DNA of 64,000 nt, from positions 13,454,001-13,518,000 of the forward strand of contig NC_092672.1 in the NCBI RefSeq assembly GCF_964355755.1, written 5' to 3'. Positions 1 to 13,559 of this stretch are shown piece by piece; position 1 is the first letter of the stretch; each line of letters opens with the position of its first letter. Origin of the DNA: Antedon mediterranea (taxonomy: Eukaryota; Animalia; Echinodermata). A program made the position numbers and the translations under genes. The notes under the pieces are model-generated. The model ran no database searches, was not told the DNA's origin, and worked only from the letters and a program-made list of their open reading frames with translations.

Positions 1-854
1 GCTGTAAAATTCTTCTTCGTGGAGGAAGAAGTACATAAGCATTTCTATCTGTAAGATATACAAAATACTGTACTATAAATTGTTGTATTTAAATCGGTTA
101 TAAAGATTTTCATTGACAGTATAAAAAGCAGTTTTATATACCGACACATACTTGATGTTCATTAACAACAGGTCTTGTATTAATTGAAGCTCGAGATGTG
201 AGAGGCGCAGAGTTGCAACCCGAACTTTTTAGATTTTAGCCTTGAAGTTCAGAAGGTGAAGGTAAACAAACAACTAACCCGAATCACGTCATGTTTGGTA
301 CCTACAGTATCTATTCGAAAATATATTAGCTACCATAATTTTTAACAACCTTAGGAATTTTTTAAAGGAAATTGGTTTTATTAAGGTGTTAGGTTGCTGA
401 ATTTTCTAAGAAGAATTTATGAATCCTTGTCTGTGATTGGCTATAGAGACAAATTACGCTCTCTGATTGGCTGACGCTTTTGTAGCATGGCTTCTATCGT
501 AGTTTCTCGAATGAATGTTTCAACAGTTTGTGAATATTTAGGAAGTTAATCGTTATTTTTATCGGCATAGACTGAGGCTTGGGCTCGGCATTACCGATTG
601 GTTGCTAGGCATGCCAACCAGCCCCTCACTGACCGTGAATGAATTGCCGATCATTTTGGGGTTTGGGTTTATATTTGGTCCATGACCTAAAATATCATTT
701 ATGGCAGAAAAATGCCAAATCCCATACTTGCACCAGCTCCAGATTTATTTAATCTGTCTTTCGCCGCTTTATACGACGACCGCAACCCCTTCAATTTCGT
801 TTAAATATGAAATCCTTCTTTACGAGGATCTCTCTTAATATCCTGAATGGATAT

Positions 855-1615
855 TTCCTATGGCCAACGTGTGAATCGGTCAATACACGTTAACAAATAA
901 GTATATCCATTTGAGTGTGGTAATGGTCCTACTAAGTCAATATGAACATGCTGGAATCTTCCAGTTGTCTGCTCAAATGCAGATAATGGTGCGATTGTGT
1001 GTCGATGAATTTTTGATTTTTAACACTGCAAGCATGTTTTAGCCCAGTTTCGTACATCAGAATTAATGTCAAATTATAACATTGATACAAACTTTTGTTT
1101 TGTTTTAATTCCCGGATGTGACAAGTTATGAAGGGTGTTGAATATTAGGCGAAGATACTTGTCGGGAATAAAAGGTAAAGGGTTGCCACTTGACATGTCG
1201 CATACAATTGTGATATCAGCGTTCGGCACTGGCAATACCTTCCAAACAATTGTGTTATGAACATTGGAGTTGAGGAGTGTTTGTAGTTCTGTGTCAGATT
1301 TCTGTGCTTGGGCTTGCCGCCTGTGCGTAACATGTTTGTTAGTGGTTCTTTTAAATGTTGTTCATGTTCTTCTGGGCTGCAGCTTGCTACCAAAACATCA
1401 ATATACGCGTAGAAAGTGTAGGCAACTCGTAATTTTGTCGATGAAGCGTTGGAAAGTTTGAGCAGCATTACGTAATCCAAATGGCATTTTGACGAATTCG
1501 TAGAGTCCAAATAGGGTAGTAATGGCGGTTTTATGGATGTCCTCCTCAGCCATAGTTATCTGGTGGTATGCTCGTACAAGGTCGATTTTTGAAAAGATTG
1601 TTGTGCCTTGTAGAT
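855..1615 (-). mobile_element. Gypsy/Ty3 pol remnant (RT and integrase fragments, internally deleted)
   Basis: Minus-strand translation gives RT motifs [56 protein letters not shown] and integrase LHNLSHPG, RFQHVHIDLVGPLPHSNGYTYLLTCIDRFTRWP; stops and frameshifts present. Confidence 0.92.
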
Positions 1616-1729
1616 TAGCAGTGAAGTCTTGTATAAATTAAAAGTTCAATATGTGCCAAGTGCCCAACGTGTGAATCGGTATAAGCCGCGTATGTGTGTG
1701 AATTCTCATTTCTTGGCATAAATTGTAGC

Positions 1730-1930
1730 CTAAGGATGCACATTGGGACTTTTTCTCGCAATAAAAATGATGTGTTGGTTCTTTTTAGTGTTTCGTTTAA
1801 TAATTTGTTTGTTTTTATATAGTGATGTCTCTTACAGGTTGAAGGGAGAATAGAAGAAATCAGCAAAAGTAAATCAGAATATGCAGCTTGTGTGAGTGAG
1901 TGCTTAATTACAAATAATAAAATCGACATA
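1730..1930 (-). pseudogene. CACTA/CMC-like transposase N-terminal fragment
   Basis: LLFVIKHSLTQAAYSDLLLLISSILP; homologous to LLFVIKHNLTQNAFADLMQLL near 44.6 kb. Superfamily call from memory of this motif. Confidence 0.5.
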
Positions 1931-2382
1931 TACAGGCTTACTACGGTATATATAAATGATCAGATCCTTAAAATAATTTCGTAAAAAAGGGGGCGTTGTT
2001 TGAACTACTAGAAGTTGGTTCTGTCCAGAAGTCACTGAGTAGTAGCAGAACTGTCGAACATTTTCGGTGAGATTATTTTATCTTCACTGTTACAATTACT
2101 AGTATCAGAAGTCAAAGAGATGTGTTTAGGTGGTCTTGATTTTGCAGGTTGTTTGCGTTTAAACTGTCTAGTAGCAGCATATCGAGCCCTTCTTGCATTA
2201 AAACCGAAGTGTTTGGAGTCAAACTTTTTAATTTAGACTTTGTTGGCGAATCAAAGTCATCATTGCTACTGGAAATACTTTCTGTATTTGACATGGCAAA
2301 AAAAAAATGGGTTTTTATCAAAATTTTGTAAAACATGCTATGTTAATTCTGGGATCTGGGAACACATTGTTTTATAGCCATC

Positions 2383-2864
2383 TGTTGTGAAGTCATTGTA
2401 TTTATATGTTGTATTCCTACATGTTTGTATTGTAGTTCAAGATAGATGTCATCTTCACACAGTTCACTTATTCATTGGCATATTTGTTTCTTTAGACAAC
2501 AACTATAAGTGTTGATAATTGTTTATCTCTCTTTGTCTACACTTCCTATAACTTTGATTGGTCTTATGTACAGAAAATGTTTGCATATAAATGAATGATG
2601 CTTTGTGCTAATTTTGGTTGCTGATAAAACAGGATGATTTGATTGGTTGTATTGACCTGAACATGTATTTGATATAGGAGTGATATTTAAGATGTAGTTA
2701 AGTTTGGTTGGTGATTTTATGAGAGAAAGACTTCCAGTCCACTTCCGATTAAGGTGCCGAGATACCTGAAGATTGAATAAAAGTTATACATTTGTTTTAT
2801 ATAAATTGGTGTTGCATATCTTGTATGTCGAGTCTACAAAGATATAGGAGGTAACATCACAACA
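2383..2864 (+). mobile_element. LTR (482 bp) of a Gypsy-type retrotransposon
   Basis: Perfect terminal inverted repeat TGTTGTGA (2383-2390)...TCACAACA (2857-2864), AATAAA at ~2776, directly followed by PBS-like TGGTGTCAGCAG. Confidence 0.8.
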
Positions 2865-2876
2865 TGGTGTCAGCAG
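2865..2876 (+). promoter_or_regulatory. Primer-binding site (tRNA-Leu-like)
   Basis: TGGTGTCAGCAG abuts the LTR end; one mismatch to the PBS at 49442-49460. Confidence 0.7.
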
Positions 2877-3866
2877 TTAAAAATTAATGAAATTTTCATT
2901 GGAAATCATTGGATGCCAAAGTAATTTCATAGACGTTATTTTTGGAGTGTAATTGCAAGATTTTGAAAAGGGTGAATGCAGATTTGGTAGTATTTGTGTG
3001 TGACTGGCAACTTGGAAACTGTACAACATCGAATTGATTGTGTTGGCAGAACGTGTATTGTGTCTTGGAAGGAAGCAGTGAGAAGCAGAACTGATTGTGT
3101 TGGCGGAACGTGTATTGGGAGGTAACATCACAACACTAGTATATATTTAGGGACATTACAAAAATTTAAAATTTCAGAAATATGCATTGAAACCTATACT
3201 ATCAGATAGAGGATAACACTACCTTTAATTTGATACCTTTATTCACTTCCATATCTTTAATTTTAAGGAAGTTATTTTTATTTTTTTAATATGCAGACAT
3301 ATGCATAATTGGTTCCCTATTGTTTTGTATTATCTTTAAAGCAAAACTGTGATCGAGATGGGCAAATTAAAGAACAAAAACGCATACAACTTTTTTTTAG
3401 GATAACATAACTTTATCAAATTTTTACCAATACTAGATATAAGTATTTTGGATGAAATACTTGATTTGTTTAAATTAACAATGATCATAATTAATTATGC
3501 GCATACCGGTATCGAATTAATAGACTAACTTTACAATAACATTTAATGAAAAACAAGGGGGAACACTTGCTCAATTGAAAGGTGTAAACATTAACAATCT
3601 GTTACTTGAAAAATACACGGGTAACCATAAGATTAATAGATTTTGGTGTGCTGTAGTCAATGGCGAATTGTCAGAAAAACTGTCTATTAGTCTACAAAAA
3701 AGTGTATTTCTTTATTGGATTAAAATAGGAACAAAGCCTTTTTTAAGGGTCTACTTGGATATGCAAAAAAAAATCTAAGTCTGTATCTGAGCATGGCAAA
3801 AAGGCTCTGAGAAAAGAATTGGGTTAATTAAAAATACTAATTCAAGTACTAAATTCTGAAGATGTT

Positions 3867-6240
3867 TTACTTTCTGCATTGTAACGGTGTTGCATCCAAT
3901 TGGTTACTGCCAGACAATGACAAGCAATTTGCTTTTTTGGATGCACGGATGCATTGTCCAGCTACTTGCAGCACAAGCATGTTGTGCCCAAACTGCTCCA
4001 CAGAGGGGTTGTCGTGTGAGCGACCAACACCTCGCTGTTTACAAAAGTATTCCTCTAAGGGGTCCTGGTTAAATTTGTCACTCAGGATAAATGTTATTCC
4101 CTGGTCTGATAAAAGCAAGTTTTGTAACAGCTGCACGAATGAATGAATGAACTGAGAAAAACAAATAAAATATTATGTTAACAGACCATAAGGCAGCCTT
4201 AATTAAGCATACATTTTCGAAAAAAATTTCATGCCATTTGTTTTTATTTTGCACCTATGGATAACAAAAGTGACAATAGTATAAAATACTAGCTTACCAG
4301 ATAAGCGTATACCAGTGGTGGTATCCTCTAAATTCAAAATTTGTTCTTCCCAGTCATAAAAAAATGACAAGAATTCCCCTTAAGCCACTGAGAAACAAAC
4401 ATTAAACATTGGTAGGCATTATTAAAAGCAGAATAAAAAGTATGTTTATTGAGTCTTCATTAAAGGGATTTATATTAAAGTTAAATTAAGAATTGGTATT
4501 GATGACTTACCTCAAACCTCCAATCGTCAACGGAATAATATGGTCTCATTGTAGGTTTTGTAGTCTGTTTTTTTATTTGCGAAACATTCAATCAAAGAAT
4601 TGATCGATGTAGCGGACAAACTTTTGAGTAGATTTGGTGTCCGATCGTCCTTGTGCTTCAAATGCATTTGCAACAGATGAGCTCAAAACCTAAGACAGCA
4701 ATACCAATTGGATTAAAATAACATTTTTTTTAAATTTAATCTCGCCTAAAACTGAATCCGTAATTTTTTTTTCTACAGATACTGTAAGATGCAACAAAGT
4801 AACTGTTCCCATTGATTACCTGGGCAGATAAATAAACTTTCATACGGTGTGAAGGTGTTAAATATAAATGCTCATGTGAAATCTTGTTTAGTCGCCGTAG
4901 TCCAACACTGTAACGTTTGTCTGCTCCCGTATCCCATTCGCAGAGTTTCAGCAGTTGTGTCCAAGTAATGTCTTGCTTGTTATACTAGTATAAAATAAAA
5001 AACATAATTAAAAGTGATGTGTACAGCAATTATTTTCTTTAGTGCCATTTAAAAAATTTAATTACAATTACGCTTACATGTAGGTGTTTAGTTTTGCTGT
5101 GAAATCCACATTTCTCCCAGTTGTTTCTTGTCGTCTTAATTAGATGCGGCACATTGCTAAAAAATTAGATCCTACAACTAGCATCAACTGGGTTTGTGGT
5201 GTAGTATGTGATTCCATTACTACATACCTCTGCAACTGAATGTAGGTCATAGAATTTGCGATTAGACGAAGCTCCATCAGAAACGAGGGCTCTAACATGA
5301 AAACCTATAGCTTCCATCGTATAAACTGCATCGCACATGATTGGATATAATGCACGACTAGCATTGCCTTCTGTGGGGTAGTATGCAATTGGTGCAAGTA
5401 AAGTACTTGTGATTCCACGAAGCATGATAACGAGGACATGTGTTGCCAAACCAGCTTTTGTCGCTCCTAAACACTTCTGTTCAAAGTCATTCAGTTCATT
5501 TGCTAAATTTCCATTAAAACCTATTAACTGGCCAGATCTGACATCTCATCAATGAGCAGTGTGATGTTCTTTTGATGCGATTTAATATTCCCAGGTTCAA
5601 TATTGTTGTCCTTGCAAACTCTTTCTACAAAATCCATATTGATCCCATCCGTAAAATGAGTGTTTTTGTATGTGGAAGCTTTAAAAATCCGCTGTTGCGT
5701 AATACTTAATACCCAGATGTCGACTTTGCGTGAAGTGCGATGCACCAGCGTAATACGGCTGGGTGCCACCGCATTTGTTTGTTTTTTGTAAATGATTCTT
5801 TTTGTTGTTCCCAAAGCAATTTGGCAGCCGGTTTATCTTTTAATAGGTCAGACATATTATTCTCGTCATCTTTAGGCGCAAAAACTGAGGCAATACAGTT
5901 TGTTTGTGGCTGTGTAAATGGATGTTCCTTCATTTTTAATCCTGTCATTGATCTTTTCCTCAAGGTCATTTTTTTCCTTTTCAGCATGTTATTTTGTTCC
6001 TTCAACAAATTTGCTTTTTTCTGCAATGCAGATGCTGGTAGGAAATCATTCCTTGTTTTCGAACTTAGCACATTCCTGTCTTCATTCACTCTCTTTTTGC
6101 GTTTTGACGCTAAAGACAGAAGTCACTACTGCTCACCCTGCATGTGGGGCAGCGCCCACCATTTTCAGTTAACAATTTGCAATTCGGATGCCTATTTTCA
6201 CCGAGGTCTGAATTACCAACACACACGTGTGCTCTAGAAA
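3867..6240 (-). pseudogene. P-element-family (THAP9-like) transposase, intron-containing, decayed
   Basis: LLWEQQ..QMRWHPAVLRWCIALH, LLIDEM, ATHVLVIMLRG, LVSDGASSNRKF, VPHLIKTTRNN, HLYLTPSHRMKVYLSAQ, FNQDPLEEYFCKQRG..DNPSVEQF; GT-AG introns between about 4150 and 5080. Confidence 0.9.
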
Positions 6241-6262
6241 CTGCTAAGACCAACTCTACAAT

Positions 6263-8728
6263 TTATGTAGGCAAGGAATCTTCTGTAAATTTATAAAGAC
6301 ACATATTGTTTCTTCCACATTCACGACATCTGTCGAACAATGACAGAAGCTCATCCTGCCCTACAATATATTTCCTCTGTCCAAGGACAGTCTCTCCAGA
6401 TTCTATGTTATCACTGCTACAAAAAAGAAATGTTTGTTTAATAATATAAATGTACAGTATATATTTATTTGTACAGTATATATCCAAAAAGCTACCACTA
6501 TAAAAGGTGGTTATTAGGTTTATAAACATCACTCAAGAAGTTTGCTTAACTCACAGTGGTTCTTCATCAGATGATCCTTCATGAGGGATGTAATTTGGAT
6601 CCGCATCATCATTGTCACTGTCCGCTTCTTTGTATAAATGTATGCCACGTTTATCTCCGTCTTCATTACTGCTTCCCCCAGTTTCTTCGGAACTTGAGTA
6701 AACTGAATAAATTATATAAGTTATATAATTATAAATTTATATTTATTTTGTGTTACCGCTGCGTCGGTGCTGTTTTTGGTACCATGAAATATGAAAAAGA
6801 TAATAAAAAAAAAGGGGTAACGGTGGGGTTTATGTTTCCTAATAAACTTGCTTAAGTACAAGAAAAAAAAACCCAAATTATTTGATAAAACTATAAGTAA
6901 ATGGTATGGTGTTTGTACTCTGTATAATTGTTATATGGAAATGATAAACGTCTAACTGAACTGCATGCATTTCATGAAAAAAAAGATGGAAATTAACAGT
7001 AAAATCAATAAAATTGAACTACGCATACATGCAAAACAGATCGGAACATGGCTTAAAAAATAATAAAACTCCACAAAAACATGCATGAACAAGAACTGAT
7101 CATTTTAACATGACTTAATATTTCTGTATTATACATAACCAACAAAACAATGACTTTGTATATTTGTCCATGGAGAAATAACTCCATGGCCCTGTTTCTG
7201 CTGCCAATCCCAAATATACCGTATAAATATACCGTATATATACCGTATATGAAATTCGTGCACCGTTTCCGCTGCACATACTTCGTGGGTGGGCTGTAAA
7301 AAAAGTTGGCTTTCATATACCCAAAATGCATTTTGTGAGACGGAAGTATGGATTGACCTAGAGTCTAATGATGGTTTCTCAAAACGTCTTAGCATTGCTT
7401 TCTATTTTAAATCTAATGATCAGGAGTGGCAACGAATTTACATCGCACAAACAATCTAGAAATGCAGAATGGGCATTGACTACATTTATGCAAAGAAGAC
7501 GACGGCGTTTGCCGATAACTTTGGCGTTATTAAGTCTACCACAAATTCTGCTTTTATTTTGTTTGAGATACTTTTGTAAATCTCGGTATCAAAAATAGTT
7601 ATTTCTTCAGTCCACAGTGATATTTTGATCTGTTTCTTGCTTATTATACACGTGTGTGTCAATGCAGCAGAAAAACCAAACAAACGCGTCACGCTCTGTT
7701 AGTTTTTGACCTCGTGTCATGGGCCGGGTCACATATACGGTATATTTTGAGTGCAGCAGAATTGGGGTACGAAATATACGGTATATTTTGGAATATACCG
7801 TATAATATCCACAAACGATGGGGATATTTATGCGGTATATATACCGCATATATATACGGTATATTTTTTATGAGACCCATTTCTGCTGCCAAAAAATATA
7901 CCGTATATAAAATATACCGTATATATACGGTATATTTTTGGCAGCAGAAACGGGGCCCATGATTTGTCTAACATCTAAATACTATACCTGCTGACTGTGG
8001 ACACTGTCCTTGGGACTGGATTAAAAGTACAACATATCTAGTGACCAGATTATTTTTACTCACCAAAATCTAAATTTAATTACTTTATAAACAAAGTAGA
8101 GAACTAATGATTTCAATTAATGTCTTTAAAACACACAGCGATTAAAAGATTAACAGGTAAACTATTTAAAATATTTCATCATCCATATAATTAATAATAA
8201 AGGGTAGACTATACCAATTTTGACTAAGGCATTCAATTTTTTTTAATCGAACGATTATTATAGTATAATCAGGCTAGGCCTAGATTTGAACGACAACGTT
8301 ACGTACGTAGGCAACCGTCCACGCAGGGGATTTTAATTTATAAAAATATTACTTACGGTACCCTTTCAACCTTGCGTCTTCGACACGCCGCAGTCCGAGG
8401 CCGCACTTTCCGTTTTTTGGGTTGAGGTGGTAGGCCTTCTTCCTCACTTACCGGAGCTTTTATGGCGGGGTAAGCATTCGTTTTTAGTCTCGGCTTTACC
8501 ACCACTCCCGTCTTCTGCATTTCAGAAATATGGAAAAAATTGTTGATGGGCGCTACATATTCTTTTAGTCCGCTTCCACACATACCCCTTTCTAGTTAAC
8601 TTAACAAATTCAGTCCATTTATTAAACGTTTCACTTCGTTTTAACTTGTCGGGAAATAAAAAAAATGAAACATTTGGGTGTGTTGATCAAGTCCGGTTAC
8701 ATTTACCGATACAGCAAGCACTCGGCAT
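6263..8728 (-). pseudogene. THAP-domain transposase 5' exons (Kolobok-like): ~8728-8357, ~6700-6556, ~6417-6263
   Basis: MPSACCIGKC..FFLFP..KWTEFVKLTRK..RLKTNAYPAI is a THAP finger; GTAAGT donor at 8356; acidic exon DSDNDDADPNYIP; then KYIVGQDELLSLFDRCRECG. Confidence 0.7.
7188..7957. mobile_element. PIF/Harbinger-like MITE
   Basis: TIRs GGCCCTGTTTCTGCTGCCAA / GGCCCCGTTTCTGCTGCCAA (19 of 20), 3-bp TSD CAT (7185-7187, 7958-7960), many ATATACCG/CGGTATAT subterminal repeats. Confidence 0.85.
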
Positions 8729-9129
8729 CTTCCGAAAATAATGATGGTGAGATTGTGTCGCACATGTTGTTTTCGTCGTCATGCATGAAACGTCAAGCTC
8801 GCTGTGTCTGTCAAAGTGCATGAAATCAACCAATCACGATTCGCCTGGGTTGAAAAAGAGTAACGGCTGCCGTGGCTACTACCGCGGGTATTTCAAATCA
8901 GCTGAGCGATCGGAGGTACGTGTGTTTAGAGCGATCGTTAAAACCAATATAGCGTGCGAGTTGATCGGCCATATTCCAGAGGTTTTTCTTTAAAACTTAA
9001 TTTGTTTATTTCTCGAGTCTTATGAGGTATTTAAAGCTAATTTCTGGTGTGTTAGTTATTTACATTAGAAAGATTCATAAACACTAATTTATTTAAATTT
9101 TCAAAATAGTTTCATATCATCTTTAATAC

Positions 9130-10364
9130 TTTAATTTTTTTCTAGATTAATTTCAAAATGTCCTTGTCGAACGCCTCTTAAATTAATATTTTTGACTAAA
9201 TTATTGATTAACCTATCGCGTAATTCTGTGCTGCCAGCTTTGTTTGATTCTGATAAAATGTTTCCACCTGCAGAGTTAACATCTTCTCTACAGATCGAGC
9301 CACACAATGTAATAAGCACATTACCACTTTGTCTGTTTTGATAGACTTTTGTAAGATGGAATTTGGATGGTCCCTATCAATTTTTAATTTTAAACCAAAT
9401 AGGAAACCATCTTTATCTACATTAAATTTGGTGTCTTTTGATCTCTTACTGTAGATATACACCATTCCTCATTAGAAGAGGGACTTAAGCCATACTCTTC
9501 GTCGTCTAAAATTTTTTCTAAAAACATCTCATCTCCTGTTTAAAAAAAATGTATCGTCTTTCCTACTAATTAAAAATTGCTCAAGCCATGATGTGATACC
9601 ATATCCTAAATTCAACTCTAAATTTTGACGTGAATCATTTTCGTAAAAAACATTAATTGGGTTTGGTGTTTGATATTGTTTTCCATGAAGTAGTTCCTCA
9701 TTGTTAAGAATACTTAAAGATATGTAAGTGCTTGGACGACCACCAAACTCTCTTCCATCGCCATACAAGCGTCAATGTATATCTGAACGAACCCAATAAT
9801 GAAGGAACGAAATCGCTGTGGATTAACTTTCCATCCAGAAAAAGGTCTGCAAGGCAACAAAATAGATTTAAATTCAAAGTCAAATTGAAGTTTGCGCTTT
9901 CTCTCTCTTCTCTGACTTGGCATTTGTTGTGGCATCCGCGTACCAGAACATTTTCTTCTAAGTGGATTAGGTCATCTACTGAAAGAGAAGGCCCTTTGAT
10001 TTCTTCCAGTAAATTTTTGCTACACTATTATCTTGAGGTTTACATTACTTTAGGATTTTGTTAACATCATTTTTGTTAAATGAACCTTTTCTCTTCGAAT
10101 TTGGTTTGATTAATTGTTCAAAATCCTCAGTTTTTTTTTCTTTGCATGACTCATTAAAAAGGTCCTGTAATCGTTCTTAACAGTCTTTTTCCTTTTTGAC
10201 TTTGGTGACAAATTTTGAGTCGGACTTTCATGTTTTTGTTGCCCTGGAAACAGTGTATTTTGCTTTGCTTCTTTTATAGCGGGCCATTCTTCACGCCACC
10301 ATTTACCATCGCTTTGCAAAAGGCAGTCTAAAGCTTTATAGCTTATGTACAGTACTTTCTTCAA
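9130..10364 (-). pseudogene. Transib/RAG1-core-like DDE transposase remnant
   Basis: Across frameshifts: YGDGREFGGRPSTYISLSILN, INVFYENDS, FFL/TGDEMFLEKIL, VVMCLLHCVARSVEKML; motif order resembles RAG1/Transib-related cores. Confidence 0.5.
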
Positions 10365-11759
10365 TTTGAAGCATTGAATATGAAATTATCTTAACTTTGT
10401 AACCCTTTTTTATTAAGACGGTTGTCAATTAATTTATAACCCTCTTTACTTATATCTTTTGTTAATTAACTCAAAAACATGTTTACAAGATAAAAACAGT
10501 GATCTATTAGTTATAGTATATGGAATGGGTTCTGAACATATAATTAAAGTTTACCAATATTTGTGCAATTTTTTTCTTTTTGATCTTTAGCTTGTTTTGA
10601 TTTACAGTTTTTGCTTTCATCTTTTTTTTGGGGCGTCCGACGATTACAATACTTTCTTTATCATAGTATTTTGAGTTTGGTGTAGAGTCACCATCTAGTT
10701 TAGAATTATTGTTTAAGCTGGCAAATTTTAATTTTTAAATTCTCGATAATACAGAGATCGATCATACGAGAATGAGCAAGTTTGCCTATATGTTGTCCTC
10801 ATCTCTGCTGTCTGGCACATCCCGTTCCTGAAAAGAAAAATGTAAAACTAGGTCAAATAAAATTATTCCTTAGCAGTAAATCTTAAATAAATTGTCATTC
10901 TAATCAGATTTTCCCCACATTTAAATTATAAATGATTTTGGCTATTGACTATTTGGTGTTTTTTATGTGGTTGCACATTCCCTATTAAATTTACATTACC
11001 GTATGTAGTTGTTATGTTTATTTCGTATTGGATAGTGTTGTTGAGTCTAAATATCAGTACTAGACGTTAGTTGTAATTTACTTTATTCCACAATTTGTAT
11101 CCCATAACTTTACATTAACTATTTGTTTGAGTGCGATTGTACAAAGTGTGTTTTATTGCTTTATACCAATTGGTGAAACTGTACAACAATGAGTAGTTTC
11201 TTTTAGTTTGTAAATTATTTATTTAAAGTGATGCGGACTATACAGTAGTAACCAATATGAGTGATACGTAAAAGCATGGAGGAATAAGTTATTTTGACAT
11301 GGTAAAAAAAAAAAATGAAAAATCAAATTAAATTTATTCTTATCTTGTGTCTTGAGCTATGTGGACTGTTGGGAGCGTGCTTCAGTGTTTCACCAATCTC
11401 TGCACATTGCTTTGTTGGTGGGTGAGCTCGCATACATGATTCTAAAGATGAACAATTTGAATGGGAGTTATTAGCCACAATGTACACATTTAAAAATTGA
11501 AAATCCTGTATTGGCAGTAAACATTAATGCCATTATGACAAATTTTTTTTAGTAAATAAACGACATACTGTAGATAGTTCAGTACTTTACTATATGCGCA
11601 CGCCGAACACATAATAAGTACTAATGTGCATGGGCATATTTGGTTTTAAGCGTCTAGTAACATTTAGTACAACCATAAAAACTGCTATGAAATTTCACTA
11701 AGATTATAGTACAGTAATCCAATGTAGCCAATGACTATAAGCCTATTAGGCTAACAAGA

Positions 11760-12770
11760 CTTACTTATTATTGCACTGCACAACTGCGTCTTGCAAAATG
11801 CAGCTTTGCCTTTTCGGCCCTTATAACTATAAAGTGACGGCACCTTGTTGGTGGCCACCTTTCTCATAATGCGACGAACAGTATCACCTGCCCTGTGTCC
11901 CGTCAAGGAACTTAAATAGTTTACCTTTTTTGGAATATAAATAGTAAATAATGATTATTAATACAAAGCAAAATTGTAGAGAAACACTAAAGAACAGTAC
12001 AAAAAAGTCTCAAGAACATCACATAATAATAGATGAATTATGTAACACAAAATATTAACACATATGAAAAAGAAACAGGATTTGTATTGCACATACGCCT
12101 ATTTTCCATGTTTATTTTTGTTTTTGTTTAAGGGGGTCTATTTGTTTAGTGTAAAATGGTAACATATTATACTCAAAATAACACCCTCTCGCTACGAAAA
12201 ACTATAATTATTAATATCATAAAAAGATAATATACACTACAAATTGTAAAAAATCTACACTATGTAAATTGTGGATCATCGCCGGTGAATAACTCTACTA
12301 AAAATAAAAATTACAGTATTATGTGTACACTATTATAAATGGGGCACGGTGTTTATTCAAAGAGAAAAATAAACGTCCGAGACGTTTGTTCCGTGGAAGT
12401 CCAATGTTAGGATAAGGGTTGTTTATTTTAAAAGGGGTGGTGTTTCTTCGAATAAATACGGTAATAATAATAGTGGAATTAAATAGTTACCATGCGTCGC
12501 CTGAAAGACTGATCTGTCAGTTTGATGTCCATTTCATCTTTGGATTTTAATGGACTTTCAATCATGTCATCATCGGCTGTATTTTTTTATTCCACCAGCG
12601 ATCTTAGAAGCGACAGGCTTTCCTTTTGTAAGTCGATCACGGTGTCCAATTTCACCGTTGTCAAAAGATTTCTTCCTAAATAATGAAAACAAACATTTAT
12701 TCGTTTTTTATTGTGTGAAAAATATTTGCAATTCAGTTTATTTCGTGTCGAACATTTAACAATATGCACT
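11760..12770 (-). pseudogene. Spliced DUF4806/BEN-like transposon accessory gene fragment
   Basis: Exon ending EMDIKLTDQSFRRRM|GT (~12491) joins exon VNYLSSLTGHRAGDTVRRIMRKVATNKVPSLYSYKGRKGKAAF (~11925-11765) which ends at GTAAGT. Confidence 0.65.
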
Positions 12771-13559
12771 TAGCCCTACTAAAGAATCAAGCTAATTTGT
12801 TTACTATTGACTTCATTACCAGCAGTAGTAGTACTGGTAAACTGTAGTGAATTGGTTCCGAGCGTATTGCGTTCTCTGGTGTTTTTAATTCACACGACAT
12901 ACACTGACTGCCAAATGATTCCACATACAAAAAGTATAGTGTATTCAACTAAAACTTTTATTTCTTTTAACTCAGTAGTATCTTATTTTCTCTTCTCTCT
13001 TTACTATCTATAACATTTACTACTTATAGTTGACATGCAAATTAGTGGCTTCTGAGGAGGATCAAATGTTGCCTCCAAAAGTTTCCCACCAAAATTATAC
13101 TATTCTGATTGACTCATAAATTAAGCAGACCTAGTCTGAAACATCCTTTAAACTACAGGAAATCAGAAACATAATATTATGACATAAACTATCAATAAAA
13201 ACACAACATGTTCAGTTTATCACAAAAATATCTACAGTATTTTACATTGTATATGTCATTACAGAAATTCCACACCAATTTCAACACCATGTTGTTTGAA
13301 CATACATGCGAGAGTGAAAAAATGTGTTAAGCATAACATAAGTTGTTAAACTTACTCTCAGTACAGGAGGGTGATGATTCAGCTATCGGTTCTGTAAAAA
13401 TGTTATTAAATATAATAAACGATATCATTTTAATTTAATTCTTATTATATGTTTGGAGCTAAAATTATGTTTTTTACATGTTAATTTCTCCATCAACAAA
13501 TGGACGAGGGATCTTTGAATTTCCGCACTAATTGCAACAACGTCCCGGCCGTCGTTCAC

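Noticed and set aside
7607-7962. Tyr/Ile-rich ORFs
   Set aside because: Artefacts of the ATATACCG repeats in the MITE.
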